Positions 12,228 through 25,761 of a stretch of DNA of 64,000 nt are shown here, piece after piece. The stretch is from Octopus vulgaris (Eukaryota). The stretch covers positions 16,058,001-16,122,000 of the forward strand of contig OX597835.1 of assembly GCA_951406725.2 (NCBI GenBank), read 5' to 3'. The notes under the pieces were generated by a model. The model ran no database searches and had not been told where the DNA came from. It was given only the letters and a program-made list of their open reading frames with translations. How positions within the stretch are numbered: the first letter of the stretch is position 1; each line of letters begins with the position of its first letter. The position numbers and the translations under genes are program-made.

Positions 12228-14464
12228 TTTAATCTGTTGGTTTAAACCTAGGATCTTATTTGATGTGGACACCATTCATTGATGTAACTCAATAACTACA
12301 TCTTAATGTAACACTAGAGAGCTATGCAACTTAAAGATCTATATATATATATATACATCGATTAAGGTGTACTCAGTTAGGAACATATTATTAGAGTACA
12401 AAATAAGGCTCATTCACACTTAGAATTACCAAATAGCCAGTAGTATTATGGTATACTTCCAATTCTAGGCTTAGGCATTCATCGTGTGTGAAAATGTTTA
12501 CTAGATTCAAAAGAGCCAATTGGATGTGTTAGCATCAAAGTGAAAGATTTACTTACCTGAGGAGATGCAACTGGATCCTATTATACAGGTAAACTGTTGC
12601 TTAATTTAAATCTTGTATATATGTGGATCTATGTAGTGTTTATTAAATAGCTGTTTAAATGTACCAATTCTTCTTGACTATATATATATTTCAAATTTTG
12701 GCACAGGGCCAGAAATTTTAGGGGAGGGGGTAAGTTGATTACATCAATCCCAGTGTTCAATTGGTATTTATTTTATTGACCCCAAAAAGATGAAAGGCAA
12801 AGTTGACCTCAGTAGAATTTGAACTTAGAACATAAACACAGGTGAAATGCTGTTAAGCATTTTGCCTGGCGTGCTAACGATTCTGCCAATTTGCTGACTT
12901 ATTTATTAATGGTTGTTTTTATGTGAGGGTTACAAATTAAAAAAAAAAAAGCTTAATTGAAGGATCACTCCAATGCCTTTCAGTAGAATAACATATTTAT
13001 TCCTGTTTTTTTTTTTTTTTTTTCTTTCTTTTCATACAAGGAAAACGGTTAATAGTTACTACGACAGCGATGAAGGCTACATTAACTGAAAATTCGAAGT
13101 TACTGTCAACCTTTTCCTTGTAAAAATAACATAGATATAGAAAACCAGAATTCTCTGAAGAAATAACTGCAGAAACAGTAAGAGGAAGAAAAAAAAAATC
13201 AATAAATAGAATGAGACACTCTAAGAGATAGAATTCAAAGAATTTAGAACAATGTTCTTAAAAATTGTTATCATTTTAATGTCCCTTTAAAATGTTATCC
13301 CCTGAAAATATTGAAAAAACAAACATCCCTTCCTTCATGGAAACTGTTATCAGGCGTAAAAGAGACCATAGATGAGTGAAGAACTCTTAGAAAACAAAAG
13401 TTTGCAACACAGGTTCAATTCTTGAGTGAACCAATAACATTTGTTGGATGAGGGAGGGAGGGAGGGAGAGAGAAGCGGCATTTTAATTCATATTGCATTG
13501 GACCAGTCACTGGCTCACTGTATTTCCAATGACAGTGAGAATGACAAGGGAGTGTTAACTTGATTTGATGCAGAACAAATATAACAAAGGATTTTGAGAA
13601 GCACTTTTAAAAAAAATTTTCTTTTTTAGTTTTCTCAATGTCTATATCCTTTATCAATACACACTCTTGTACATACATACATATACACACTACAAATGTT
13701 AAATTAAGGTTATTATTTTAAAGCAAGTTTAAGATTAACAGAACATTTGTTGATGGTGTGACTACATACAGAGAGTAGTCAAAAATTTGTGAAGATCTAG
13801 TTGAGTGGAACTTCACTCACACTCTCTGATTGTCTATATAAATACGCACACAAACACACACACACATATATATATATGTATATATGTACAAAATGCACAC
13901 GCACACACACACACACATCTGTTCAGTACCAAATGTTGGAGAAAAAAAAACTACTTAATATCATTGTAGAAATTAATGTTACTGTTTAATCAAGTCAGTC
14001 TCCTGCTACCCTTAATTCCACAACATGTCTGAGGACCCTGGGCACCCTCAGGAGAAACTCAGACTGACTCAAACCAAAATAAAAGTATTACATTTATATA
14101 ACAACCTCCACACACATGCACATACATACCTAAGCATCTCCATCCACCAAATGACACTGAGAAAGCCTTTGGTCAACCAAAGGCCGTGGTGGGAGTCACA
14201 AGCTGAGGTGCCACAGGATGCCAACTTAACGACACCACCAAACCAGCACCAAAGACACAATATTTTACTTATATACACTTCACAACATGCTCAGGTAGAA
14301 GAGGTTCCCCTCATCACCGGTGTTGGAGGGCCTTTGGCCTGGCGATCCGTCGGTTATGTCAAGTGTTCTTGTTGATGCGATCAACAGAACAGCCTGCTTG
14401 TGCAATTAAAATGCAAGTACTCCAGACATACAGATCCTAAGCATAGTCTTTTTGTTTTTGTTTT

Positions 14465-14792
14465 TAGCACTTGTGCTGGTGGCAAGTGAAGCATTCGAGC
14501 GAGGTCGTCGCCAGTGCCGCTGGACTGGCTCCTGTGCAGGTGGCACTTAAAAAGCACCATTTGGGCGTGGCCGTTGCCAGTATCACCAAACTGGCCCTCA
14601 TGCCGGTGGCATGTAAAAAGCACCCACTACACTCTCAGACTGGTTGGCATTAGGAAGGGCATCCAGCTGCAGAAACTCTGCCAGATCAGATTGGAGTCTG
14701 GCACAGCCATCTGGTTCACCAGACCTCAGTCAAATCGTCCAACCCATGCTAGCATGGAAAGCGGACGTTAAATGATGACGACGATGATGATG
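14465..14792 (+). mobile_element. Non-autonomous retroelement family D with RTE-like tail
   Basis: Ends CCAACCCATGCTAGCATGGAAAGCGGACGTTAAA(TGA)n. Other copies near 26.7k, 29.7k, 39.7k, 42.7k, 48.8k, 56.8k and 57.4k. Confidence 0.75.
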
Positions 14793-15470
14793 ATTCAGCG
14801 CAACACCCAATGTGATATAGCTGGCCCATTTGAATTACAGGTACCATCACTTTTGCCAGCTGAGTGGACTGGAGCAACATGAAATAAAGTGTCTTGCTCA
14901 AGGACACGACACACCACTGGGAATTGAACTTACAACCACAAGTTGAATACTCTAACTATTGAGCCATACTCCTCTCATAAAAAAAAAAGCTATAAAAAAA
15001 AGGCCCTATTCGTCTCAATGGGTAGGGATTAGATTATCAAAGAGATAGCACAGTATTGATGTAAGCACCACCATGACCACCACCACTAACAACATAAATT
15101 ACCGAGTGGTTGATGAAGAAATGATAATGAGGACACTAGGAATGTCCTGCAACTATAACGATAAAGCTGTGAATCACATACGGCCATGCTGGAGCACGGA
15201 CAATTAAATCTTACACCAACCAACAGCATTTATTAACAAAAGCAAAAATATTTCACAATGGCTGGAAAATAACAACACACACACACACACACAGACACAC
15301 ACACACACACACGTATAAATACATGTGTTTGTATATGCATACACATAGGTATGAAAATAAATATATAGAAATGTACATACATATACAACGTGTGTGTGTG
15401 TGTGTATAGATACATGTGTGCATACATGTATATAGATACACATATGCTTATATGTGTGTGTGTGCGCATG

Positions 15471-15519
<49 letters not shown>

Positions 15520-17309
15520 TAAAAACAAAACATACAGGTGTAACAGAACAACAGGTAACAAACAGTTTGCTATTTGGTTGCTGATTGCCTACAGGTGAAA
15601 GCTGGTAGTGAAACTGTGCAGCAACGAGAGAAGGATGCATTTAGCATATGCAGTAAGTGTAAAGAGTGAAAGAGGAGGGGGGAGAAAGGCGGGAAAGAAA
15701 GAAGCAACTATTGAAAGAGTTCCGACCATCTGTGGCAGTTTCTTAATGTTTGCCAATCAACAGGTAAGATAACAGGTGTGAAAACAGTTAATCCATAAAT
15801 AACATGTTTAAAGAATGGCACTTTCTAGTAGTTAGTTACTGAAACTACCAAGAACAACAATAATAACAACAACGTTGTTTGATATTCCAGTTTATGTCGG
15901 GGTTTTGACAAACTGGTTCCAACAATTGAGAATATACAAGATTTTGGTTAACAAAAACATAACAGAAATGGAGGGGGAAAAAAAATAAAGTAAAGAGGGG
16001 TAAAAATGGTTAACCTTTTAGCATTTAGATTACTCTGTGAAATGTAATGCTTAGATAAGGTTGACAGCAATATGAATAAATATTCATATTTCTTTGAATT
16101 AACCATGAATTCCCTCCTTGCTGTGAGGGGCCAAATCTGGTCAGTTTGAACACAAAACATGTAGAATAGTTTGGCCAGATTACGGCTAGTTAAAATGCTG
16201 AAGGGTTGAATAATTGTGGGAGATATGTCAATTAGGGTTTAGTAGAGAAATGTGAGCTAATGAAGTAATTAATAGAGAGAGCTAATTTAACAAATCTAAC
16301 AGTGCAATTTAAGAGTCAAGAGAGAAGTTTCAAAGAATTTGATTGTTTTCCAGAGATTTGAATCAAGGCAAGCATTGTAGTTGTAGAATTAGTGAGCGGT
16401 CAAAGGTGACCCAGATCTAATTAAAGGTTTTTGGCACTGATACCAGTCATTAAATGGGGGGATAGGTTTTTTTTTTTTTTTTTGCTTTTTTCTTTATATT
16501 TGTAACAAGTTGCGATTGAAGACAGAAGAAGACGCAGCTAAAAGACTTTGATGGATGGTGGAAAAAAAAAAATTTATTAACCAACAATTTTTGAAATGTT
16601 TCGTCATTTAAAATGACAATTACTATTTTTTTTTTTTTTTAAATATCAATAAACATTCTTTCTAACACAGAATAAGAAAATAAAATTAATTTTGACATCT
16701 TTTTTGTTTGTTTTAGATTCAACTGTTGTTATTAATATCATCATCATCATCATCATTATTATTATTATTATTACCATCGTTATTCTCATATTTCTGAAAA
16801 CTTCACAGCTTTCTTTAAAAAGTCACAATTTTTTGTTTTGTTAGATTTCATACTGTATAAAAAAGAGAATTAATAAATAACTTTTAAAAAAAAAAAATCA
16901 GTCACTTTACTGTGAGAGAAAATATTTAAAAATTACAACCATTTTTTTTTTTTTGTTTGTTTTACCTTCAAACTTTGTTTCAGAAAAAAAAAAAGAAAGA
17001 AAGAGAGAGTTTTTTATAAGATAAAAGAACAAAATCCATGCTACTTTGATGCAGCTTGAGAGATTTGCAAAGTTGGTGGAGAAACGAAGAAAGAACTGAA
17101 GATGTCTGCAAGTAGGGAAGGAGGGCTTGTACCACTTGGAACAAGCAGAATATTTGTGGGGGGGGAAATTTTGGAACAGGGGGAAAGAGAGCAAGAAACA
17201 CACCTGCAAGTTCACCCTGCATCACACAAGTTTTTGCATTCGTGAAAATCTGTAACATGAGGTTTGCTTGTGTGTGTATGTATATATGTATATATATATA
17301 TATATATAT

Positions 17310-17618
17310 AAAAAAGGAAATGAAGAAAATGCTGACAAAATAATTTAAGTAAGGGAGAGTGTATTTAATTAGGTGAAAGTTCTTTTTACCAGTTGTGCAT
17401 TTGTTATGCTTATCAAAAGATATTTTTTTAAGAGAGATAGAGTTCCTTTCTGATAGATTTCTTTCTCTTATCTGATAGAAAGGAACTCTATCTCTCTTAA
17501 AAAAATATCTTTTGATAAGCATAACAAATGCGCAACCGGTAAAAAGAACTTTCACCTAATTAAATACACTCTCCCTTACTTAAATTATTTTGTCAGCATT
17601 TTCTTCATTTCCTTTTTT
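17310..17618. repeat. Near-perfect inverted repeat, about 140-bp arms
   Basis: 17310-17450 is the reverse complement of 17478-17618, with two mismatches seen. Confidence 0.95.
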
Positions 17619-17656
17619 AATATATCACAACTCGTGTTCCACATCTCCTTTTTTAA

Positions 17657-17708
<52 letters not shown>

Positions 17709-18451
17709 TATGCATGTGTGTGTGAGTTTGTTGTTGAAGCAAGTTTAAGAATAACAAATGCACCAACACGGAGAGTAGTGTCAAATATATTGTAAAAACT
17801 CATACAGACTGGGACTTTGAAGTCTGCCTGAAAGTTTACTTAACAGGCCAAACAAGCCCGCAGGCAAAACTCAAAAGCCCTAACCTAGACAACAGAAATT
17901 TAAAACCATTACACACACACACAGAGCAGAGTGTACAATGCAATAAAGTATTCCTCTGATGATCTGTTGGGTTTTCAGCATCCAATTGCAAGGGAACACC
18001 CAAGCAGCAGAGATTGCAAGTAACCACAATGGTGAAACATATGTAGGGAATAAATGATGTCAGCTTATGTGTGCGTGTACATAAAATAGTATCCTGTATG
18101 CATTAATGTGTATATACTATAGAAAGCTGGAAAATTGTGGTGTTTGCCTTGAGAAAGCATTTCATATATACAAGATACTTTCTTGAGATGAATATCACAG
18201 TTTTGGGGGTTTCTACAGTATATATGCATTAAGTAAGATATACAGAATGCTACTTTGAGATAAGACTCCTTCCATAACTAATAACAAATACATACATGTG
18301 TGTGTGTGTGGCTAGATACTCGGAAACAGGGAGGGAGACAGGAAGAAGTGTTCAAGTAAATAAGTAGGTGGCGCTGAAGTAGTTTATAGCTAAATGGAGG
18401 AGGAGATGAAAAGAAGAGAAGAAAGATGGAGATGAAGAAAGAAGTCAAAAC

Positions 18452-18486
<35 letters not shown>

Positions 18487-19016
18487 AGAGAGACTCACAC
18501 ACAAAGAGAAAAAAAAAGGAGGCGAGATGTAACATATGAAAACCAAATCCTGAAGATATACAATCCAAAGGACAAAGACATGATTATTGCTTGTTGTCCT
18601 CCTGGGAGTTTTGTCTTCGGGGAATATGGTAAATATCTCAGTGGGAAAAAAACAAAAAAAAAACAAAAATGAAACACAGAACCAGGTAACAGACATTTTC
18701 TGCTGTCAATTTTAAACAGGTTTTCTAAGAATTTAACACACAGCAGACAACCATTGTTCCTCAGGCAGTTCCAGTTTTTTTTCTTTAACAAAAACAACAA
18801 TAATAACAACAACAAATTCAGGAACATTTAATATCTACAGTGAAAGCAAGATTCTTCAGAGAAGCATGGACAGTTGGCAAGTCAGAAGATTTTTTTTTCT
18901 CCAATATATGTGTGTGTGTATGTATGTATGTATACATGCATACACATATATATATATATATATACACACAGATATACATATATAAGTATATACATATATA
19001 CACATAAATGTATATA

Positions 19017-19047
<31 letters not shown>

Positions 19048-19220
19048 GAATGCATATGTGCATTATGTATAACAATATGCATATATCTATATATAGCTAT
19101 ATACATGTATGCAAATTTATGCATGTACAAATGTATGTGTACATAAATGTTTTCGTGTGTGTGTGTGTATATGTATAGACACATATGTACACATATATAC
19201 ACACAAATATGCATGTAATG

Positions 19221-19252
<32 letters not shown>

Positions 19253-19424
19253 AATACACAAAATACAAAACTTCTTTGGTACTCAAAGAAAACCTTTTCC
19301 TTTTTACAATACAGTAAAATCATGTTTGTGTTTTTTAAAAAAAAAGTTTTTATATTTCACCAAAATTTGAAAAAAAAAAAAACCCCAATTAAAAATGTCT
19401 GTATTTTTGTTTTTTTTTATCATC

Positions 19425-21073
19425 TCAAATTTTACCCGGCTTAGCTGGATGGCATATGGCATCAGATTTGGTACTTTCTCTGTAACATTTTGAACATAAA
19501 GAATTTCTGTCAAGGCTTCCGTAGAACTCGCATCCTTTCGTCAGGCAATGAATTGGCGTGTTGGCGCCGTCCACCCCTGACACATACAACAAGCTGGTTT
19601 TGTTTGCGCAATCCATAACCGATTCGGCCTGATTTAAGTTGTTCTTCTTAAAACTCAGGTAGTCCACGTTGTCATAGTCAGGAGATGGTGTACGACAGCA
19701 GGGTTGGTTGTTGTTGACCACTATCGGCAAACCCCTCTCGTTCAGCGCTAGTTGAGGCTGGACAGGTGTAAACTCACACGACGAAGAAACAGTAGTAGTA
19801 CTAGTAGCCGCAGTGGTACTACTAGTGACTGTAGTAGTTGCGATAGATGTAGATGTAGTAGTAGAGGTAACAATAGTGATATCTTCATGTGAAGGTATGT
19901 TAGTCGACAACTGTTTCATCTCGCTGTTGAGGTCTGCATCCACGTCTTCTCCCCCGTAACTGTTGGTACTGCCGCCGCCGCCGCCGCCAGCCAAGAATTC
20001 CAGTGAAGAGGGACGTTGCTTGCCGAATGTTGCAGGCAGAGTCTGGGAGCCGCGCTGCTGCTCAGGCACACTCCTCGTTACCATGCCAACACTGGTTGTG
20101 GGAATAGTGTTACACCCCTTGTCCATGGCACTGGTGAAGAACTTGGACTTGCTATGCGTCTGTGCGTACGTGGGAGCCGGGATCTGCTCAGACCATTTTC
20201 CATGACAAGGGTATGTATTATAAATACCACCTACCTGACTTTTGCTTTTCTCCTGGTTCATCGCCTGCTGTTTTTGTTGAGAGTAACACTTAGAGCACAA
20301 ATACGAGGTTTCCACAGTCCCGTACATATTACAGTCCGTTGTAACACACTTGGTCGGTAAACAAGACCTCTCCCGACGGTTTACAGCACCGCGACCGAAT
20401 CCTTCCTCTTCACGTTTCCGACGACTTTCAACCTCTTTCTCAAATCTTTTATTTGCATTGAATAAATAATTACGAATTAGTTCTTTTTGAACTGAAGTTT
20501 TGTTTGTTGACAGTTTGGCACATAGGACTTTGTCTCTCTCGAGAAACATGGCTATACTAATAGTTAGTTTCGTACTTTGAGTGACCCCACCCCCGACCGA
20601 CGTTGGTCGACTCAACTTTTCACCGACTTCCGGGGGTAACAACTTCCCCGATTTACCAATGCTGAAGTTCTTTTTCAGTTTTTTCCCCATTGATTTACCG
20701 ATGCTGCCAAACTGTTTGGCAACTGTTTGCATCTGTTGACTCATCCGTTTCTCCTTCAAGTCTTTCTTCTTCTCTTTCGCCGTCGTATTCCCCGACACTG
20801 AACCTCCACAGCTACTCACATCACTCTGATCCGATTCATGTGAGCCACAGGATTTCTGGTCCATACATTCAGCGTCTTCCAATTCATTAGGGTGGGTCAT
20901 TGGCAACCAATCAAGCTCCAAGTAGTTCTGTAGAAGCAGAAGTCGTTCGTCTAAACCAAGTTCTGAAGGTTGAGGATTCTTTTCGTGCATCTTCCAGTTT
21001 ATTTTATCCGTTGGATCATTCGGGAAGTGGATTGGGAGAAGTTCAAAATTAGGATCAACCAGAGGAATTGCAG
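19425..21073 (-). CDS. OTUD7B: OTUD7-like last coding exon (OTU end, basic region, two A20 zinc fingers, stop)
   Basis: Poly-T ccAG acceptor at 21075-21074; AIPLVDPNFELLPIHFP...; KQFGSIGKSMGKKLKKNF; two Cx4Cx11Cx2C fingers; TGA at 19427-19425. Confidence 0.95.
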
Positions 21074-21191
21074 CTGGAAAAAAAAAAGAAAAAAAAAACG
21101 ATTAATCTTTCCAATTAAATTAATTAAATAGGTAGATTTAAACAACAAAATGTTATTCAATTTATCTGAAAAGTTGGATCTTTTCACTTTG

Positions 21192-21602
21192 ACTCTCTTT
21201 TACTCTTTTACTTGTTTCAGTCATTTGACTGCAGCCATGCTGGAGCACCGCCTTTTAGTCGAGCAAATCGACCCCGGGACTTATTCTTTGTAAGCCCGGT
21301 ACTTATTCTATCGGTCTCTTTTGCTGAACCGCTAAGTGACGGGGACGTAAACACACCAGCATTGGTTGTCAAGCAATGCTAGGGGGACAAACACAGACAC
21401 ACAAACACACACACGCATATATATATATATATACATATATACGACAGGCTTCTTTCAGTTTCCGTCTACCAAATCCACTCACAAGGCATTGGTCGGCCCA
21501 GGGCTATAGCAAAAGACACTTGCCCAAGATGCCACGCAGTGGGACTGAACCCGGAACCATGTGGCTGGTTAGCAAGCTACTTACCACACAGCCACTCCTG
21601 CG
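21192..21602 (-). mobile_element. SINE family A, full length
   Basis: Near-identical to 62713-63147. Confidence 0.9.
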
Positions 21603-22276
21603 GCATGGAGACAATAACACACACACACACAATAGGCATCTCTCAACTTCTGTCAACCATGTCCACTCACATGGCTTTGTTTGGCCTAAGGCTATAACAG
21701 AAGATGTAGAAATCGTCATCATCATCGTCGTTTAACCCTTTAGCATTCAGATTAATCTAACAAATGCAATGCTTATTGATTTACATTATTTTGAATTCAT
21801 CATGCACTATCACATAGTTTCGAGATTTCGATGATGTGACTGTTTATTTTTAAAATGACATTGTAGGATAGGTGTGAGAAGCCAGATCTGGCTGATTTGA
21901 AGATAAAACAGGTAGACTTTTTTGGCCAGATATGGCTGGTTTGAATGCTAAAGGGTTAATGTCCCGTTTTCCATGTTGGTATGGGTTGGACAGTTTGACA
22001 GGAGCTGACCAGCCGAAGAGCTGCCCAAGCTCTAAATCTGTTTTGGCATGGTTTCCTCAGCTGGATGGCCTTCCTAACATGCCAACCTCTTTACAGAGTG
22101 TGCTGGGTGCTTTTTATGAGGCACTGGTACAGGTGCTTTTTACATGGCCCGCAAAATTAGGATCACTCAGCTGGAGAAGGACGTAGGGGACAGGCCCGTA
22201 TGCAAGGGTAACCATGCTTTTATTTATCTTGGCATGTCTTCTCAATCAAACTAATTGGTTTGTGTATTTATGTGTA

Positions 22277-23160
22277 CGAGGTCTGATCAATACGTGTTCG
22301 GACTGTTGCCATAGTAACGAAGCTAAGGCATGCAGTGTGAAGCCACTGGGCACAGATTGACCGTGAAACATTGCTGTGCATGCACACTATGTTTTAACGT
22401 TCTAGCTCACTTCTGATGTTTACAGCAGTGCTTGGAAGGAAGGTGTGTAGCGTGTTATCAGTGCATTGACCATGACAGAGAAAGTTGTCATGGCGATACT
22501 GCTCAGAGGCCGATGCAAAGTTGTATGGAGAGGAGTGTATGAGCTGCACACAAGTGTATGAGTGGTCCTGATGTTTTGATGATGGCTGAGGAAATGTCGA
22601 TAATGATGAACATTCTGGGAGACCCACGACCAGCAGAACTGAGAAAGACATTGCTGATGTGCATCTGCTGAGAGGGGAAACTTGTTGAATCCCCATCCAT
22701 GAGTTATCAGAAGATGTGCAGATTAGTTATGGTTCAGTTCAGTCCATTATCACTGAAGGTTTGGGTATGAGATGCGTGTCTGCCAAGTTTGTGCCAAAAC
22801 TGATTTCAATTAACCAAAAAGACACTTGGGGTTTCAGTTGCACAAGATCTTGATTGTGTCGAGAACGATGAAAACATTTTGAAAACTTTGCATAGGCCTC
22901 TGAGCAGGTATTGCCAAGCTTTTGGCAAAATTTGATGCAGATTCTCTGCTCAACTTTCTCTGTCATGGTCAATGTGACACTCACCTGCTACACACCTTCC
23001 TTCCAAGCACTGCTGTAAACAGTGGAAGTGAGTTAGAACATTAAAACTTAGTGCACCTGCACAGTAGAGTTCAAGGTCAATCTGTGCTAAGTGGCTTCAG
23101 TCTATGTGCTTTAGCTTTGTTACTATGGCAATAGACCAGATACTTATTGATCAGACCATG
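22277..23160. mobile_element. Mariner-derived fold-back element
   Basis: TA-CGAGGTCTGATCAATA...TATTGATCAGACCATG-TA; about 210-bp inverted arms; transposase N-terminus MTEKVEQRICIKFCQKLG on the minus strand. Confidence 0.85.
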
Positions 23161-23630
23161 TATGTATATACTGGGTCTGTCTTGAGCAAGACACTTTATT
23201 TCACGTTACTCCAGTTCACTCAGATGCCGACAATGAGTTGTAACTGTATTTCAAAGGGCCAGCCTTGTCATGCTGAATCTCCCTGAAAATAAGAGTACAC
23301 ATGTCTGCAGAGTACTCGGCCACTTACACGTTAATTTCATGAGCAGGCTGTTTCGTTGACCAGATAAACTGGAACTCTCATCATCGTAACCGACAGAGTC
23401 TCAGTAAAGGGTCTGTGTATCTTTTACTTGTTTCAGTCATTTGACTGCAGCCATGCTGGAGCACCGCCTTTAGTCGAGCAACTCAACCCCGGGACTTATT
23501 CTTTTTGTAAGCCCAGTACTTATTCTATCGGTCTCTTTTTGCCGAACCGCTAAGTGACGGGGACGTAAACACACCAGCAAGGTAAATAATGTACATAATT
23601 CCTCATCTCTTAAATATAGAACTGTGTGTG

Positions 23631-23666
<36 letters not shown>

Positions 23667-23727
23667 TAAAACGGTAAGATAACAAAAGAAAGAAAGAGAC
23701 CTCAATATTATGTAAATAGAGGAAATT

Positions 23728-23803
23728 TATCTATAAAATAATATGTTACATTACTCGATAGTAACTCAGAGTTTTATCTTGACTATCGAGTAATGTAACA
23801 TAT

Positions 23804-23811
<8 letters not shown>
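23728..23811. repeat. Palindrome from a Penelope-like fragment
   Basis: About 32-bp perfect arms; loop AACTCAGAGTTTTATCTTG matches the ribozyme-like end at 24581-24600. Confidence 0.85.
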
Positions 23812-23842
<31 letters not shown>

Positions 23843-24063
23843 TTGAATAAAGTTACATGGTCTGGCTTTCATGTTTTTTATTATTGTATTTTTAAAAAAT
23901 GCTTTTTTTTTTACAAACTTGAAGTGTGTTAAACATTAAAAAAATATTTTGTAATGTACATAAAGTTCAATTAGTGCTTCCATACTTTCATAGTAATCAT
24001 CAGACTTTGAAATGTACTTAACTGACAGTTAAGTTCATGACAACTGTAGTAAAATGACAGACT

Positions 24064-24163
<100 letters not shown>

Positions 24164-24196
24164 TAAACATATACATATATACATATTGGTAAACAT

Positions 24197-24249
<53 letters not shown>

Positions 24250-24531
24250 TAAACACAAGGACAGAACTTTTCGGATCATGCCCACATGTGACTAAATTTC
24301 TGTTACGTTTTTGGTCCCCTAAAGAAAACAGCTAGAACATGCTTTCTATGTTATGTCCCAAGAAGGTTTTTTATCTCATCACACATTTTATATATTTTTT
24401 ATATATTTTTTATGTATTTTTATATAATTTTTATGGCGAAAAATGCGAGCGATGTGTAAGTATGCAGGCAAACAGAGTTATAACACAGTAATTTCCCTTT
24501 GTATAACGGTATTTTTTCATAGCGTTTTCAA

Positions 24532-24604
24532 ATAGCCAGATAACCGAAGAGATGTCGTGGATTCCCTCTTCGGCATCTGAAACTCAGAGTTTTATCTTGA
24601 CTAT
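24532..24604 (+). ncRNA. Variant type I hammerhead-like motif
   Basis: agataa-CCGAAGA-gatgtcg..cggcatc-t-GAAAC-TCAGA-GTT-ttatct: stems I and II pair; core has U4 replaced by C and one extra U before GAAA. Confidence 0.6.
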
Positions 24605-24622
24605 CGAGTAATGTAACATATT

Positions 24623-24680
<58 letters not shown>

Positions 24681-24822
24681 TGCATACCCTCACAACATTC
24701 ATATCTGTGACCCTTCTAAGGTAAAAAAAAACAAAAAAACAAACCCAAGGTCGAGAGAGATCAACCTGGCATTTGGGTGGCAAACAGAAGCAAAAATGGG
24801 GTTTATGGAAAAGCATCAATAC

Positions 24823-25121
24823 CTGAACACTCTGAGAGTTTATCACTGTAGCAATCAGTTGCCATGGGCACCAGAGCAGAGAAGTGTGCAGCATCATAGG
24901 TGAGTAAGAGTGGTGTGTGGTTCGAGGTGTGGCAATCACATTCTAGCGGCAGGTAGATCCCTCCGAATGGGATGGGTGCCAATGCTTCTCCATTAGCATC
25001 TCGAAGAACTGTATCAGCAACAACGATAATTGGTCTTTGGAGAACATGAGCAAGTACAAAAACATGGAATTCCTCCAAACTTTCATAGACCACAGGCGAT
25101 GTGCCTGATGGTGATTTCAAA
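24823..25121 (-). CDS. OTUD7B: OTUD7-like exon carrying the catalytic His loop
   Basis: ttccAG|..[50 protein letters not shown]...[15 protein letters not shown]..|GTATTG; 299 nt, phase 2/1. Confidence 0.96.
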
Positions 25122-25761
25122 CTGGAATAGCAGAAAAAAAAAAAAAAAAACAAGTCAAAATATTTTAATTAAAATGTCTGAGATAAATTGCTAATAAGAT
25201 TTTAATTAGACTAATGTATTTGATGAGCTATAATTAGCACTTTTTCCCAGCAAAAAAAAAAAATTCAAAAATTCACCTCAGGTTTTATATGCAAAGTTGG
25301 TCCACCTATACGCTGATTTTGGTCCAAGATGCTCACTACACCTTGCTAATTCTAATCCAGATGGCCTCGTCTACCTGAATTAAAGCTCTTACCATTCAGA
25401 TACTTGCTTTGAATTAATCATGCATTATCTCTTAGCTTCAGGATTTCAAAGATGATTTCAAAGATGTTTATTTTTAGACTGACATTGCGGGTAAGTGTGA
25501 CAGGCCAGATCTTGAAAATAAAACAAGTAGAATATATCTGGGCTGGACATAGCTGGTTTAACCCTTTAACATTCGGATTACTCTGCCAAGTGTAATCCTT
25601 ATTCACATTATTTTGAATTAATCATGCATTATCTTACAGTTTTGAGATTTTGACGACGAAGTTGCTTATTTTTAGAATGACATTATAGAATAGGTGAGAG
25701 AGGCCAGATCTGGCCAGTTTGAACATAAAACAGGTAGAGTATTTGGGCTGGATAGTGTCAG

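Larger units (their letters stand above)
10150..19424 (-). other. Possible long 3' UTR of the OTUD7-like gene
   Basis: No coding exons recognised; many homopolymer tracts; a minus-strand AATAAA at 10180-10175. The end point is an inference, and nearer poly(A) sites are possible. Confidence 0.3.
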
